From Promethearchaeota archaeon (GTDB lineage Archaea; Asgardarchaeota; Heimdallarchaeia; Hodarchaeales; Hodarchaeaceae): 64,000 bases of DNA. This document shows positions 49,893 to 60,424 of the stretch, piece by piece. How positions within the stretch are numbered: the stretch's first letter is position 1; every line of letters starts with the position of its first letter. The notes beneath the pieces were generated by a model. That model had not been told where the DNA came from. It saw only the letters and a program-made list of their open reading frames with translations, and made no database searches. Both the position numbers and the translations under genes were made by a program. The stretch lies in assembly GCA_048938105.1 (NCBI GenBank), contig JBHLMN010000010.1, positions 32,001 through 96,000 on the forward strand. The letters run 5' to 3'.

Positions 49893-50166
49893 ATACTAAT
49901 AAGAAGAATCTAACAAGTTCTTCTCCCTTTTTTTATTAGAAATTCCTAATAGGAAGCATTAGAAAGAAATGACTCTATTATTATTTATTAGTAGGCCTTA
50001 ATCTTTGATGAATTTTGAAAAATCTCATTTGAGGTCAAAAGGACACTTGAAGAGAATTGGATTTAATTCAGTTAACAAGATAAATATAAATCGCTCTGAT
50101 AGTTTTCAATCTACAATCGATCACCATTGATTAAACCTGGGAAAAGAAATTTTGGAAAGAGTAAGA

Positions 50167-51729
50167 ATGTCAGAAATTGCTGTGGAATTTATAGATGTCT
50201 CTAAAAGTTTTCCTGGTGTACTAGCCAATGATCGTATAAGTCTGCAAATTAAATCAGGTGAGATTCATGGACTTCTCGGAGAAAATGGGGCTGGAAAAAC
50301 AACACTAATGAATCTCCTGTATGGATTATATGCAGTTGATAAAGGATCTATTCTTGTACGAGAAAAAGAAGTGGATATTTCCGAACCAAATGATGCAATT
50401 AATTTGGGTATAGGAATGATCCATCAACATTTTATGCTCGTAGAGACCTTAACTGTTGCGGAAAACGTGATGCTTGGATTGGAGCATACTAAGAATTTTT
50501 TAACTAAGATTTCCTCTCTCTTAAAAAATATCTCTCCACTAGATCATAACAAAGCAATTGAAGAGGTGGAGGATCTTTCTGGAAAATATGGTTTAAAGGT
50601 GGATCCCAAGGCATTGATTTCTGATATCAGTGTTGGTGTCCAACAAAGAGTAGAAATATTAAAAGTTCTTAAACGAGGAGCTAATATTTTAATCCTAGAC
50701 GAACCCACAGCAGTTCTCACACCCCAAGAGAGCGATGATTTATTCAATACTCTTAATGCATTAAAAAGACAAGGAAATACAATCATCTTCATTTCTCATA
50801 AACTAGAAGAAACAATGAAAATCTGCGACCGAGTCACTGTTCTTCGAAGGGGAAAATTAGTGGGAACAATATCGATCGAAGGAGCAACACCAATCAAATT
50901 AGCGAAAATGATGGTAGGAAGAGATGTTGTTTTACACGTAGAAAAATCTGAAGTGAGTATTGGAAAACCAGTACTTGAAGTGATAAATTTAGTAGTGAAA
51001 GATGACAGGAAATTAACAGCTGTGAATGAGGCGCAGTTTGAAGTCAATTCAAGTGAGATTTTAGGAATCGCTGGTGTACAAGGAAATGGACAAACTGAAT
51101 TGGTTGAGGCAATTACAGGGATTCGAAAAATAGAGAATGGAGAGATCAAATTTTGTGGCAAAGATATTACTAACTTAAATTCAAAAAAAGTAAGAGAATT
51201 AGGAATTACGCATATTCCAGAGGATAGGCGAAAACATGGATTGGTAATGGATTTTACGATTGCAGACAATTTAATCCTTGGTAGTCACTATATGAAACCG
51301 TTTCTTCAGAAAGGTTTTCGTGATGAAAGAGAAATAGAGAAATATGCTACAAGATTGATAGAAGAATTTGATATTAGAACTCCAAGTGCTTTTACTAAAG
51401 TAAGAAATCTTTCTGGTGGGAATCAACAGAAAGTTATTGTTGCAAGAGAATTATCAAGAGATTTTCAATTTGTTGTAGCGGCACAGCCAACGCGCGGTCT
51501 CGATATTGGGGTAATTGAATATATTCATAAGCAGCTGATAAATATTAAAGATCAAGGAAAAGCTGTTTTATTGGTTTCTTCCGAATTAGAGGAAATCTTT
51601 GCTCTCAGTGACCGTATCGCTGTTATCTACGAGGGGAAAATTGTAGCTGTTGGAAAAGCCACCGAATTCTCTGAAGAACAACTGGGTCTATTAATGGCTG
51701 GGAAACAGTTGGTCGCAATGGAAGGATAA
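50167..51729 (+). CDS. Nucleoside/sugar ABC transporter ATP-binding protein (two NBDs)
   Basis: GENGAGKT, LDEPT, LSGGNQQK, QPTRGLD. Confidence 0.96.
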   Translation: MSEIAVEFIDVSKSFPGVLANDRISLQIKSGEIHGLLGENGAGKTTLMNLLYGLYAVDKGSILVREKEVDISEPNDAINLGIGMIHQHFMLVETLTVAENVMLGLEHTKNFLTKISSLLKNISPLDHNKAIEEVEDLSGKYGLKVDPKALISDISVGVQQRVEILKVLKRGANILILDEPTAVLTPQESDDLFNTLNALKRQGNTIIFISHKLEETMKICDRVTVLRRGKLVGTISIEGATPIKLAKMMVGRDVVLHVEKSEVSIGKPVLEVINLVVKDDRKLTAVNEAQFEVNSSEILGIAGVQGNGQTELVEAITGIRKIENGEIKFCGKDITNLNSKKVRELGITHIPEDRRKHGLVMDFTIADNLILGSHYMKPFLQKGFRDEREIEKYATRLIEEFDIRTPSAFTKVRNLSGGNQQKVIVARELSRDFQFVVAAQPTRGLDIGVIEYIHKQLINIKDQGKAVLLVSSELEEIFALSDRIAVIYEGKIVAVGKATEFSEEQLGLLMAGKQLVAMEG

Positions 51730-51732
51730 TCA

Positions 51733-53205
51733 ATGTCCCGTAAAAACTTCAATTACAAAAAATTTGTTGGTCTTTTTCTAATATCCATTTCATTATTGAT
51801 TCTATTTATCAGAGAGGCTTGGTTACGAGCCTCTTTAATACCTATGAATTTAATTATTCTATTTCCATATGTTACTCTCATTGATCTTGTGTTACTTCTC
51901 CGCTTGTCAATTGCCTTAATCTTATTTGGAGCTGGTTTAAGCATTTTAACTATCAATTTTAGAGGTGAAAAGAAGACTGAAGGTTTAGATTTAATTTCTT
52001 TGGGTATAGCTGCCATCAGTTTATCTATTTTAGTTGGCGCTATCTTGATGATTATTGTAAATCAAGATCCAATAATGGGATATTATCTAATGTTACGAGG
52101 TGCTCTCGGAAACGAAAACAGATTAGCTACAACGATAACAAAAGTAACTCCATTAATTTTAACTGGATTATCAGTAGCAATTGCTTTTAGATGTGGATTA
52201 TTTAACATAGGGGCTGAAGGACAGTTAGTTCTTGGTGCGTTTACTGCTGCATTAGCTGGAGTTTATATAACTGGCCTCCCGTGGTTTTTACACCTCCCTA
52301 TATGTTTATTTGCTGGAGCAATAGCAGGAGCAGCTGCTGCGTTTATACCAGCTTATCTTAAAGCAAAAGTAGGGGCTCATGAGGTTGTTACTACAATAAT
52401 GATGAATGGAATAATCGGTGCAGTCACAGCGTGGTTTGTTTCAAGTGAAATGCTTCTAAAAGATCCAGACACGATGGCATCACAAACATATCATATCTCC
52501 GATTCAGCCCAGATACCATTAATCTGGGAAAAAACTCCTTTTGAAGGAATTGAGTTCCCAATTGAATTTCTTTCTTTTCCATTTAAAGGGACAACTTTTC
52601 ATTATGGATTATTAATTGCAATTGGTTTAGCCATAATTGTTTATATAATTGTTTGGAAAACAAGTCTCGGTTATGAACTTCGGACTGTTGGACTAAACCC
52701 AGATGCAGCAAATTACGGAGGTATAAGTGCAAAAAGAAGTATTATCATCACAATGCTAATTTCTGGTGCCCTTGCAGGTATTGGTGGTTCAATAGAAATA
52801 CTTGCAATTCATTATCGCTTTATAGCTTATTTTTCACCTGGTTACGGTTTTGATGGAATCGCAGTTGCAGTTCTAGGACAAAATACCGCGATTGGTTCAT
52901 TAATTTCTGCTTTTCTATTCGGAGGATTGGCTTCTGGAGGAATTTATATCGATATCTTTTCTGATATTCCTAAAGAAATTGTATGGGTATTACAAGCTCT
53001 AGTGGTTCTTTTTGTTTCTGCTCCCATGATAATTCAACGAATAAAAATACCAAAAATCATTGGTAGACGTAAAGAAGTGTTACCATCATCTACGAGGGAA
53101 ATCTCAAATCCTGAAAAAGCAGAATTTAGCCAGAACAAAAAAATAGATATTCAGAAAGAAAAGTCAAATATAATTTTTGAAGGAGATTCAAACAATGGCA
53201 ATTGA
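51733..53205 (+). CDS. Nucleoside ABC transporter permease 1
   Basis: GLFNIGAEGQ, HEVVTTIMMN, GYGFDGIAVA. Confidence 0.94.
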   Translation: MSRKNFNYKKFVGLFLISISLLILFIREAWLRASLIPMNLIILFPYVTLIDLVLLLRLSIALILFGAGLSILTINFRGEKKTEGLDLISLGIAAISLSILVGAILMIIVNQDPIMGYYLMLRGALGNENRLATTITKVTPLILTGLSVAIAFRCGLFNIGAEGQLVLGAFTAALAGVYITGLPWFLHLPICLFAGAIAGAAAAFIPAYLKAKVGAHEVVTTIMMNGIIGAVTAWFVSSEMLLKDPDTMASQTYHISDSAQIPLIWEKTPFEGIEFPIEFLSFPFKGTTFHYGLLIAIGLAIIVYIIVWKTSLGYELRTVGLNPDAANYGGISAKRSIIITMLISGALAGIGGSIEILAIHYRFIAYFSPGYGFDGIAVAVLGQNTAIGSLISAFLFGGLASGGIYIDIFSDIPKEIVWVLQALVVLFVSAPMIIQRIKIPKIIGRRKEVLPSSTREISNPEKAEFSQNKKIDIQKEKSNIIFEGDSNNGN

Positions 53206-54418
53206 TTTATTAGATCCTGTAACAGTTCGTTTTATGATAATAAGTACGATTCCTATTATTCTAGCTGCTTTGGGGGGTGTTTTTTCGGAGAGAAGTGGCG
53301 TTATAAATATTGCTCTTGAAGGAATTATGTTAACAGGAGCTTGGGCTGCAGTATGGTTTTCAGAATTAGGAACTGATGTTTTTGGCTTAAGAGATATGTC
53401 TCCTTGGTTAGGGTTCGTTGCTGCAGCTATCTTCGGTATGGCAATGGCAGCAATTCACGCAATCCTCTCCATTGAATTTGAGGCCAATCAAGTTGTATCA
53501 GGAGTAGCGATCAACCTACTTGGGCTTGGATTTACCACTTTAATGACTGTAATTATTTGGGGAAGCTCTGGAGCAAGTGATGTTGTTCGTTCAATGAAAA
53601 ATTTATCTTTTCCTGTTGAACTCCGAATAATTTTTCTTATTCTCTTTCTATTCTTCTATATTGCCATATTCTCGAAATATTTGTCAAAGAAAATCCCTGC
53701 ACCAAGAGTATTGACTACTAGCTATTCAGTTGACAGATTTTCACAAAGAAGAATATCTATTTTTGAAATTATTATCCTAGTATTTGTATCAATAAGTGCC
53801 TTAATTCTATATCCCATATTCTATCCTTATTTTTATGATATTTTTAATTCAATTTCTATATTTGCAATTCTAGCTGCAATTCTAGTGGTAATCTCTCATT
53901 ATGTGCTATTTCACACCCCATTCGGATTAAGGGTGCGTTCAGTTGGAGAACACCCACGAGCTGCTGCTACACTTGGAATAAATGTAAAAAGAACCCGTTA
54001 CATATGCGTAATTGCTAGTGGATTCTTTGCAGGAATTGGAGGAGCATTTCTTTCAATTGGCTATACAAGTTTATTCACACAAAATATGACCACTGGGAGA
54101 GGTTTCATTGCTTTAGCTGCGGTTATCTTTGGTAAATGGACACCAATTGGAGCATTATCAGCTTCATTATTATTTGGTCTAGCACAAGCCCTTCAACTTC
54201 GTTTACAGGGAGCTACGGCGATTGAATTATTTGGGTTAACCTATGAGATTCCAGAAATGTCTTTTTCCTTTTGGGAAATCAATTTTTCTATTCCTCCCAT
54301 TCCTAATCAGTTCTTTCTAGCTTTTCCATACCTAGTTGTTATTATCATTGTAGCAATAGCCGTAAAGCGATCCACTCCTCCAAAAGCAATAGGACAACCG
54401 TATAAGAGAGAAGGATAA
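53195..54418 (+). CDS. Nucleoside ABC transporter permease 2
   Basis: SERSGVINIALEG, GLRVRSVGEHP, GRGFIALAA. Confidence 0.94.
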   Translation: MAIDLLDPVTVRFMIISTIPIILAALGGVFSERSGVINIALEGIMLTGAWAAVWFSELGTDVFGLRDMSPWLGFVAAAIFGMAMAAIHAILSIEFEANQVVSGVAINLLGLGFTTLMTVIIWGSSGASDVVRSMKNLSFPVELRIIFLILFLFFYIAIFSKYLSKKIPAPRVLTTSYSVDRFSQRRISIFEIIILVFVSISALILYPIFYPYFYDIFNSISIFAILAAILVVISHYVLFHTPFGLRVRSVGEHPRAAATLGINVKRTRYICVIASGFFAGIGGAFLSIGYTSLFTQNMTTGRGFIALAAVIFGKWTPIGALSASLLFGLAQALQLRLQGATAIELFGLTYEIPEMSFSFWEINFSIPPIPNQFFLAFPYLVVIIIVAIAVKRSTPPKAIGQPYKREG

Positions 54419-54510
54419 AGAAATTTCGGAAAAAGGAACTGAATTGTTAATGAATTTCATAGGTTATCATATCCAAGACACCTATATAGAAAATTAAGCA
54501 ATACTATAGA

Positions 54511-55254
54511 TCATTTGGTATTAATACTTTCAATTGCATCAATTGCACACAAAATTGCATTCTGAACTCCATATTTAAACTTATTATCACTTTCACCTAA
54601 AGTTTGATCACTTTTTTGCGTACTTTCAGCTAGATTTCCATCAATTACTAGAATTGATCCAGTTTTCACTCTTTTAACAGATCCAAAAATGAAGATTAAT
54701 GCTGATTCCATTTCAACTGAATTTGCACCACATCTAGCCCATTTTTTATACTCTTCTTGGTTTGTTGAGTAATAAACATCAGTTGTCCATACAATCCCTG
54801 AATAATATTTAATATTCAATTTCTCTGCGGATTCACATAGTCTCTGATAGATTTCTGGTGAAGCAGCTGCAGGAAACTCTATTGGAGTATAATTTAAGGA
54901 GGTATGTTCATCACGTATAGATGCATAAGGAATAACAATACCACCGACCATCATTCCGTTTTGCAAGGCGCCACAAGATCCTATTCGGATGAAAACTCTC
55001 CCTCCAGCTCGAAATGCTTCCTCTAGAATAATTGCAGCACTTGGACAGCCCATTCCTGTTGTTAATACTGAAACAGGAATGTTTTTATTAGGTGTTCTTC
55101 CGTTAAAAGCTACTAATCCACGATATTCTGCAATTTGTTCTTTAAAATTTAGTGATTCAGCTATTTTTGGAACCCGATCTGGATTGCCACTTAAAAGGCA
55201 AAATTTATGTACTTGCGATAATTGGAGGTGGGGTTGTATTTTGGTTTCCTTCAT
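54511..55254 (-). CDS. Nucleoside phosphorylase (uridine/purine, NP-I family)
   Basis: GNPDRV, TGMGCPS, IRIGSCG, VEMESA. Confidence 0.93.
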   Translation of the reverse strand: MKETKIQPHLQLSQVHKFCLLSGNPDRVPKIAESLNFKEQIAEYRGLVAFNGRTPNKNIPVSVLTTGMGCPSAAIILEEAFRAGGRVFIRIGSCGALQNGMMVGGIVIPYASIRDEHTSLNYTPIEFPAAASPEIYQRLCESAEKLNIKYYSGIVWTTDVYYSTNQEEYKKWARCGANSVEMESALIFIFGSVKRVKTGSILVIDGNLAESTQKSDQTLGESDNKFKYGVQNAILCAIDAIESINTK

Positions 55255-55500
55255 TGATTCAACCTTGTTTTGTCTAGTATGTACTTCTTATAGAATTAAA
55301 AATTGTTATATCTAAGAAAAAAAAAATAGTTTTTTAGTTTACAGCTAAAATTTACAAACGTATTTGTTAATCTTGTGAAAACAATCCAATTTCTAATCTA
55401 GAGCAACAGTTTGATATTAGTATGAAAGAAATTGCTGTATTCAGGCTATATAAATCGAAGATTAATATTTTGAACAGAATCCAACATTGAGGTGGTATAA

Positions 55501-56859
55501 ATGAGTGATATAATCATCAAGAACGCACAAGCTATTATACCAATGAGAGGAGATATAAATGAACCCAAAATCCTCAGAGATCAATCAATTCTTATCTCAG
55601 GTTCACAGATAGTGGAAATCGGGAGTAATATCTCAGTTCCACAAGGTACTGAAAAAATTGATGGGAATGGGAAAGTGGTCTTACCAGGTTTAATTAATAG
55701 TCACACGCATTTAGCTATGAATCTACTTAAAGGTTATGCTGATGATATGAAATTACAGGTGTGGTTAGAGAAAAAAATCTGGCCTTTTGAATCAAAAATG
55801 ACACTGGAAGACATTGAATTCGGTGCACGACTGGGAGCTCTTGAAGCTTTAGCATCAGGAACCACAACTCTTAATAGTATGTACCATCACAGTGAGCTTG
55901 AGGTTAAGGCTCTAACTGAAATTGGATTGCGAGCTGTTGTGGGTCATGTCTGTTTTTCTTGGAGAAAAGAGGAAGACTATCGTGCAACTCAAGATGTCAT
56001 CAAGAAATTCCACACATCTAACAATGACCGTATTCATTGTTCTGTAGATCCTCATGCCGCTTATACTGTTGATTATGACTTTTTACAAGAATTACTTGAG
56101 CTAAAGAATAGCTATCAAGAAAAATATGACCATCCACCATTTATACATACTCATGCTGCTGAAACTAAATATGAAACCCAACAAACTCAGGATTATTTGA
56201 AAGAATCGGGTTTTCAATCACTTGCTGAAAAGGTAGAATCCCCTATTCAATATTTTCATGACTGTGGGATTTTGAAAGACGCATGTATAGCCCATGGGGT
56301 CTGGGTATCAGAAAAGGACATAGGATTATTGAAGAAAGATGATGCTCGCGTTGCTAGTTGCCCAGTTAGCAATTTAAAGCTATCATCTGGAATTGCTCCC
56401 ATTAATACTCTGATTCAATCGGATGTTACAGTAGGGTTTGGTACTGACAGCAGTAGCTCGAATAATACTCTGGATATGTTTGAAACTGTGAAAATTGGGT
56501 CCTTATTACAAAAAGTCCATGATGGATTTAATCCACAAGCCTTACCAGCGTATCAAGCTTTATGGGTTGGTACTAAGGGTTCTGCTAGAGCAATTCATTG
56601 GAATGATTCAATTGGGTCTTTGGAAGTAGGTAAGAAAGCGGATATTATTTTGGTAGACTTTCGCTCACCTCATTTAATTCCCACTTGGAATGAGGTTTCC
56701 CAATTGGTTTACTCGACAAAAGGAACAGACGTTTCAGAAGTTATTATTGATGGGGAATTAGTGTTTTGTGATAAGAAATTTAAAAGAATAGATTTCAGTC
56801 AATTTTACAGAGAAGCTAGTGATTATATTCAAAAGCTTAAAGTTCGCATTGATCAGTAG
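55501..56859 (+). CDS. Amidohydrolase, MTA/SAH (nucleoside) deaminase-like
   Basis: PGLINSHTH, HAAET, AHGV, CPVSNLKL, GTD, GSLEVGKKAD. Confidence 0.9.
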   Translation: MSDIIIKNAQAIIPMRGDINEPKILRDQSILISGSQIVEIGSNISVPQGTEKIDGNGKVVLPGLINSHTHLAMNLLKGYADDMKLQVWLEKKIWPFESKMTLEDIEFGARLGALEALASGTTTLNSMYHHSELEVKALTEIGLRAVVGHVCFSWRKEEDYRATQDVIKKFHTSNNDRIHCSVDPHAAYTVDYDFLQELLELKNSYQEKYDHPPFIHTHAAETKYETQQTQDYLKESGFQSLAEKVESPIQYFHDCGILKDACIAHGVWVSEKDIGLLKKDDARVASCPVSNLKLSSGIAPINTLIQSDVTVGFGTDSSSSNNTLDMFETVKIGSLLQKVHDGFNPQALPAYQALWVGTKGSARAIHWNDSIGSLEVGKKADIILVDFRSPHLIPTWNEVSQLVYSTKGTDVSEVIIDGELVFCDKKFKRIDFSQFYREASDYIQKLKVRIDQ

Positions 56860-56928
56860 TTACGAAAGAAATGGAGAAGACCAATTATTCAGTCTCAATC
56901 TCTAATGGGAAAATCTGAACTCACTTAG

Positions 56929-57936
56929 TTAAAGTCTATCATTTAATATTCCCTCTTCTCTCATCCACTTTACAGTTTTTTCAACACCAAATTCATAATC
57001 TACAGTTGGATTGAAACCTAGTATTTTTTTTGCTTTGGTATTTGCATAGTTTCGGCTAGTTTGTATTTTTTTTATTGCAATGGAAACATATGGATACCCT
57101 AATCCTTTTCGTTTATAGTATTTCACTATTAGGGGCCAAAAGATTCTAGCTATAATCATTGGAAAATGAGGGATAAATCGTGGGGGTTTATTACCTAGCT
57201 TAACAGCTATTACCTCGAATAATTCTCTCCAAATCTGTGGTTTATCAGATGCTAAGATAAAAATTTCCCCAATAGTTTTATTTGGATTATCTATGATTTT
57301 GACAAATCCTTGAACTATATCATCAATGAAAGTAAAGTGAATAGTGCCTTTAGGTGAACCAGGAAATATTCTCTTTATTATGCTTTTCTCCATTGACTCA
57401 ATTATTTCTGTAAATACGTAGTAATCGCCAGGGCCATAGACACCACTTGGTCTAACTATAGTGAGGGGAAGGTTATGTTCATTTTGTAAATCAAGCAATA
57501 TTTTTTCTGCTTCCATCTTACTACGTCCATAAACCTCATCAGGATTGTAGATGGATTCTTCTATGCCATTTACGACAACGCCTAGTGCCTCAGTGGAAGA
57601 ACAATATACAAAATGCTTTACATTAGCTTCTAAACAAGCTTCTGCAAGCTTTTTTGTAGAAATAACATTTTGCTCAAAAAGAGATTCTTCAGAGGCCTCA
57701 AAATTATAATTCGCTGCAAAATGAATAACGATGTCTTTCCCCTTAACAGCATGACTAAAAGTTGTGTGATCAGTCAAATCAAAATAAACAAATTTAACAT
57801 CTAATTCTTCTAAATCCTCTTTTTTAGAAGTTTTTCGAACAGCACAATAGATCTCATATTGCCTCTGTTCAGCAATTAGTGTCCGAATAAATGCCTTACC
57901 AATAAATCCAGTGGCTCCTGTAACAAGAATTTTCAT
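56929..57936 (-). CDS. NAD-dependent epimerase/dehydratase (extended SDR)
   Basis: TGATGFIG, YGRSK, RPSGVYGPGD. Confidence 0.93.
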   Translation of the reverse strand: MKILVTGATGFIGKAFIRTLIAEQRQYEIYCAVRKTSKKEDLEELDVKFVYFDLTDHTTFSHAVKGKDIVIHFAANYNFEASEESLFEQNVISTKKLAEACLEANVKHFVYCSSTEALGVVVNGIEESIYNPDEVYGRSKMEAEKILLDLQNEHNLPLTIVRPSGVYGPGDYYVFTEIIESMEKSIIKRIFPGSPKGTIHFTFIDDIVQGFVKIIDNPNKTIGEIFILASDKPQIWRELFEVIAVKLGNKPPRFIPHFPMIIARIFWPLIVKYYKRKGLGYPYVSIAIKKIQTSRNYANTKAKKILGFNPTVDYEFGVEKTVKWMREEGILNDRL

Positions 57937-58129
57937 TAGAATCGAAACCAAATCTTATGTATAACATCAATTTAATTCAGGCTTGATTGCTTCTCCTTAG
58001 TATAAGTTATCACAATAAATCAGAACAGAAGCTAGTCTGTTAATTCAGGAGATTCAAATCTCTATTCCAATTATATTGGTTTTATTAAAATATTAATCTA
58101 TAGAGAAATCCTTTACTGGAAAAAATGGA

Positions 58130-58816
58130 TTAGATTTCAATATTTTTGAGTACTGTTTCAATATCAACTGGAAGAGAAAAAGTCTGAATGTGTCTTAGTT
58201 CATCTTGAGCCGCGACTTGACTTGACACTCGCATTTGATTGTATATATCTTCAATTTCTTCCAATCGTCCTCTTGTTTCAGGATATTTTGGATTAATGCT
58301 ACAACAACCTCCTGGTAGGATCGAAAGGTCATAAAAACCCCATTTTTTGGAGAGTAGGACAACTTCTTCTTTATTATATCCTAGTAATGGTCTCAACGCA
58401 GGTATCTTAATTTTAGAAACAACAATAGGTAAATTATCTAATGTTTGACTTGCTTGTTCACCTAGAATTTCACCCGTGACAATAACATCAGCTTTTATCT
58501 GTTGAGCGTACATTTCAGCTTTTAAAAACATCTGTATTCGACAAAATAGGCATATCTGGCGAAGTTTTCTCCCCTCAAGATTATTCAAAATTACTTCTTG
58601 CGTTTTTCCATGAGAGATTATAGCTAAAGAAATGAAAACATTTGAATTACGCTCTGCAATTTTATTACTAATAGTTACAACTTTTTCTATGGTACCAAGA
58701 GAGTGAAACGGAAAATTATGGTAATGCAGCAGAAATGGCTGAAATCCATTTAAGATGGTAATTTGGGCTGCAACTGGACTATCTATACCACCAGAAATAA
58801 GACATACCGCTTTCAT
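58130..58816 (-). CDS. ThiI-like PP-loop sulfurtransferase, catalytic domain only (no THUMP)
   Basis: SGGIDSPVA, CLFCR, TGEILGEQASQTLDNL, RPL, CC; in-frame stop four codons upstream of ATG. Confidence 0.88.
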   Translation of the reverse strand: MKAVCLISGGIDSPVAAQITILNGFQPFLLHYHNFPFHSLGTIEKVVTISNKIAERNSNVFISLAIISHGKTQEVILNNLEGRKLRQICLFCRIQMFLKAEMYAQQIKADVIVTGEILGEQASQTLDNLPIVVSKIKIPALRPLLGYNKEEVVLLSKKWGFYDLSILPGGCCSINPKYPETRGRLEEIEDIYNQMRVSSQVAAQDELRHIQTFSLPVDIETVLKNIEI

Positions 58817-59057
58817 GTTGAAACCTTATCCAGGTAGGATCTTGTTACTCGACTATTAATGCTTAATAACAGCAAATGACTCATACATAAGGCATTTATG
58901 CTTTGAAAACTGAAAAATAGGTTGAGATACATTTTTGACAGTTTCATGAAAACAGGCAATTTGTAGAACATCATAAGGTAAACTAGTAAAGAATGGCATT
59001 ATACTTCTAAAGATTATCGCAAAATTCTTCGGGGGATTTTTCAATTGAGGAAAAATC

Positions 59058-59375
59058 ATGACCGCACTTAATTTTTCAGTTAATCGCTGTTCCAATAATC
59101 CACAACGTTGGAATGTTTATTTTAATAATTTAAAACCTTTTCACATACATTCAATTCGCGAAATATTAGAAAAAAAACAATATCAAATACTAGCTGCCAC
59201 TCCTAATGTAACTGTCTTTCGATCTAAAGAAGTTCGTCTCATATTGCATTCTGAAGGGCTTATTCAAGTTGATTTATATGACTCCTCGAAAAAAGGAGTG
59301 AAGGATATCGAACATCTTATTAAAGATATTTTTGATTTTAATTCAATTAATTTTTCTGGTGATTTATTTGGGTGA
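59058..59375 (+). CDS. Hypothetical protein, TBP-like alpha/beta fold resembling the C-terminal domain of some ThiF/MoeB proteins
   Basis: N-terminal Cys; IREILEKKQYQILAATPNVTVFR...LILHSEGLI pattern. Confidence 0.6.
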   Translation: MTALNFSVNRCSNNPQRWNVYFNNLKPFHIHSIREILEKKQYQILAATPNVTVFRSKEVRLILHSEGLIQVDLYDSSKKGVKDIEHLIKDIFDFNSINFSGDLFG

Positions 59376-59922
59376 AAATCAGTTAGAAATTACTACAACG
59401 AAGTTTGACAAAGAAACACAACAGGAAATCACAGTCATGTATTTTTTCCCGCTAGACCGTTATTATTACGCTGGTGACCCAGGCCATATTTGGTTCAAAC
59501 CCATTAACTCTATCTTTGAGGTCGGATTCGATTCTTTTGGTCAAGAACAAGCAGGACCCCTTCTTCACATACGAACTCGTCCCCTTGGAAGGGAGTTCCC
59601 TCAGGGAGCTGCTTTTGGAACTGTTGAAAGTGATAAATGGATTGGTCCACTCCGCTTACCATTATCTGCTGTCCTCATTGAAGCAAATACAGCTGTTCTA
59701 GATAACCCTAAGTTAATAAATGAAAATTGCTACAATGCTTGGGTGATCCAAATCGAACCAACAAAATTCAATGAAGAAATAAACTCTACTGATATTATCA
59801 TTAAGGGGGATCTTCAAAAATTGAAACAATACTCTTTTTCTGATCTAGAAAAATACGAAGAGCATATCATCAAATGTAGAATTACCGATCTTGAAACTGG
59901 AGAAGAACTTGATGAATGTTGA
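59332..59922 (+). CDS. Glycine cleavage H-like lipoyl-carrier protein (start uncertain)
   Basis: HIW, VGFD, FGTVESDKWIGPL (lipoyl Lys), N....DNPKLINENCYNAW. Confidence 0.88.
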   Translation: MILIQLIFLVIYLGENQLEITTTKFDKETQQEITVMYFFPLDRYYYAGDPGHIWFKPINSIFEVGFDSFGQEQAGPLLHIRTRPLGREFPQGAAFGTVESDKWIGPLRLPLSAVLIEANTAVLDNPKLINENCYNAWVIQIEPTKFNEEINSTDIIIKGDLQKLKQYSFSDLEKYEEHIIKCRITDLETGEELDEC

Positions 59923-60290
59923 ACTCCTAGCAAATTATTTTTGAAGTGTTTTTAAATATATTCAACGTTTAAATATAATAAGTCACCAGGAAGTTATAAA
60001 TGTCACTAGGAAAAGGAAGTTTGAAATTAGCGTCAGTATATACACGAATATGCAAGAAAAATTTAATAATATTGTAATGATCCACAAATTTTCTGTTTTT
60101 CTCACTCCAGAGTAATTTAAATGTTTGGACAAGCATTATTGAAGATTCAAAAGAATATGGTCAATACAGAACACACCTCAGAAAAGATTGTATTGAGAAT
60201 TATTCTAGTAAATCTTATATATATTGAAAACAAATTTCTCAACAGAAAGAATTTAACCATGCAAATCTCTTTTTCAGGGGAATATACCAT

Positions 60291-60416
60291 ATGGATCTTA
60301 TAACAATTATACTAACTTTATTAAGTTTAGGGCTTTTAGTTTTATTGGGAGGGGGCCTACTTATCGGAATCCTTGTTATATTATATTTAGTTGTTACAGG
60401 AAGACGATGGGACTGA
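60291..60416 (+). CDS. 41-aa hydrophobic membrane microprotein (not in ORF track)
   Basis: MDLITIILTLLSLGLLVLLGGGLLIGILVILYLVVTGRRWD; AGGGG ~10 nt upstream; stop 8 nt from the convergent gene's end. Confidence 0.55.
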   Translation: MDLITIILTLLSLGLLVLLGGGLLIGILVILYLVVTGRRWD

Positions 60417-60424
60417 TAATGGCC

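Noticed and set aside
812-59701. Numerous antisense or alternate-frame ORFs in the track (e.g. 812-1039, 1798-2064, 4159-4542, 50796-51269, 58856-59095)
   Set aside because: They lie within or opposite well-supported genes and lack independent motifs
59900-59945. Selenocysteine readthrough at the Cys-TGA end of the GcvH-like gene
   Set aside because: The lipoyl domain is already complete and no SECIS-like hairpin was recognised downstream
60121-60303. 60-aa ORF in track
   Set aside because: No motif, AT-rich, overlaps the better-supported 41-aa ORF start
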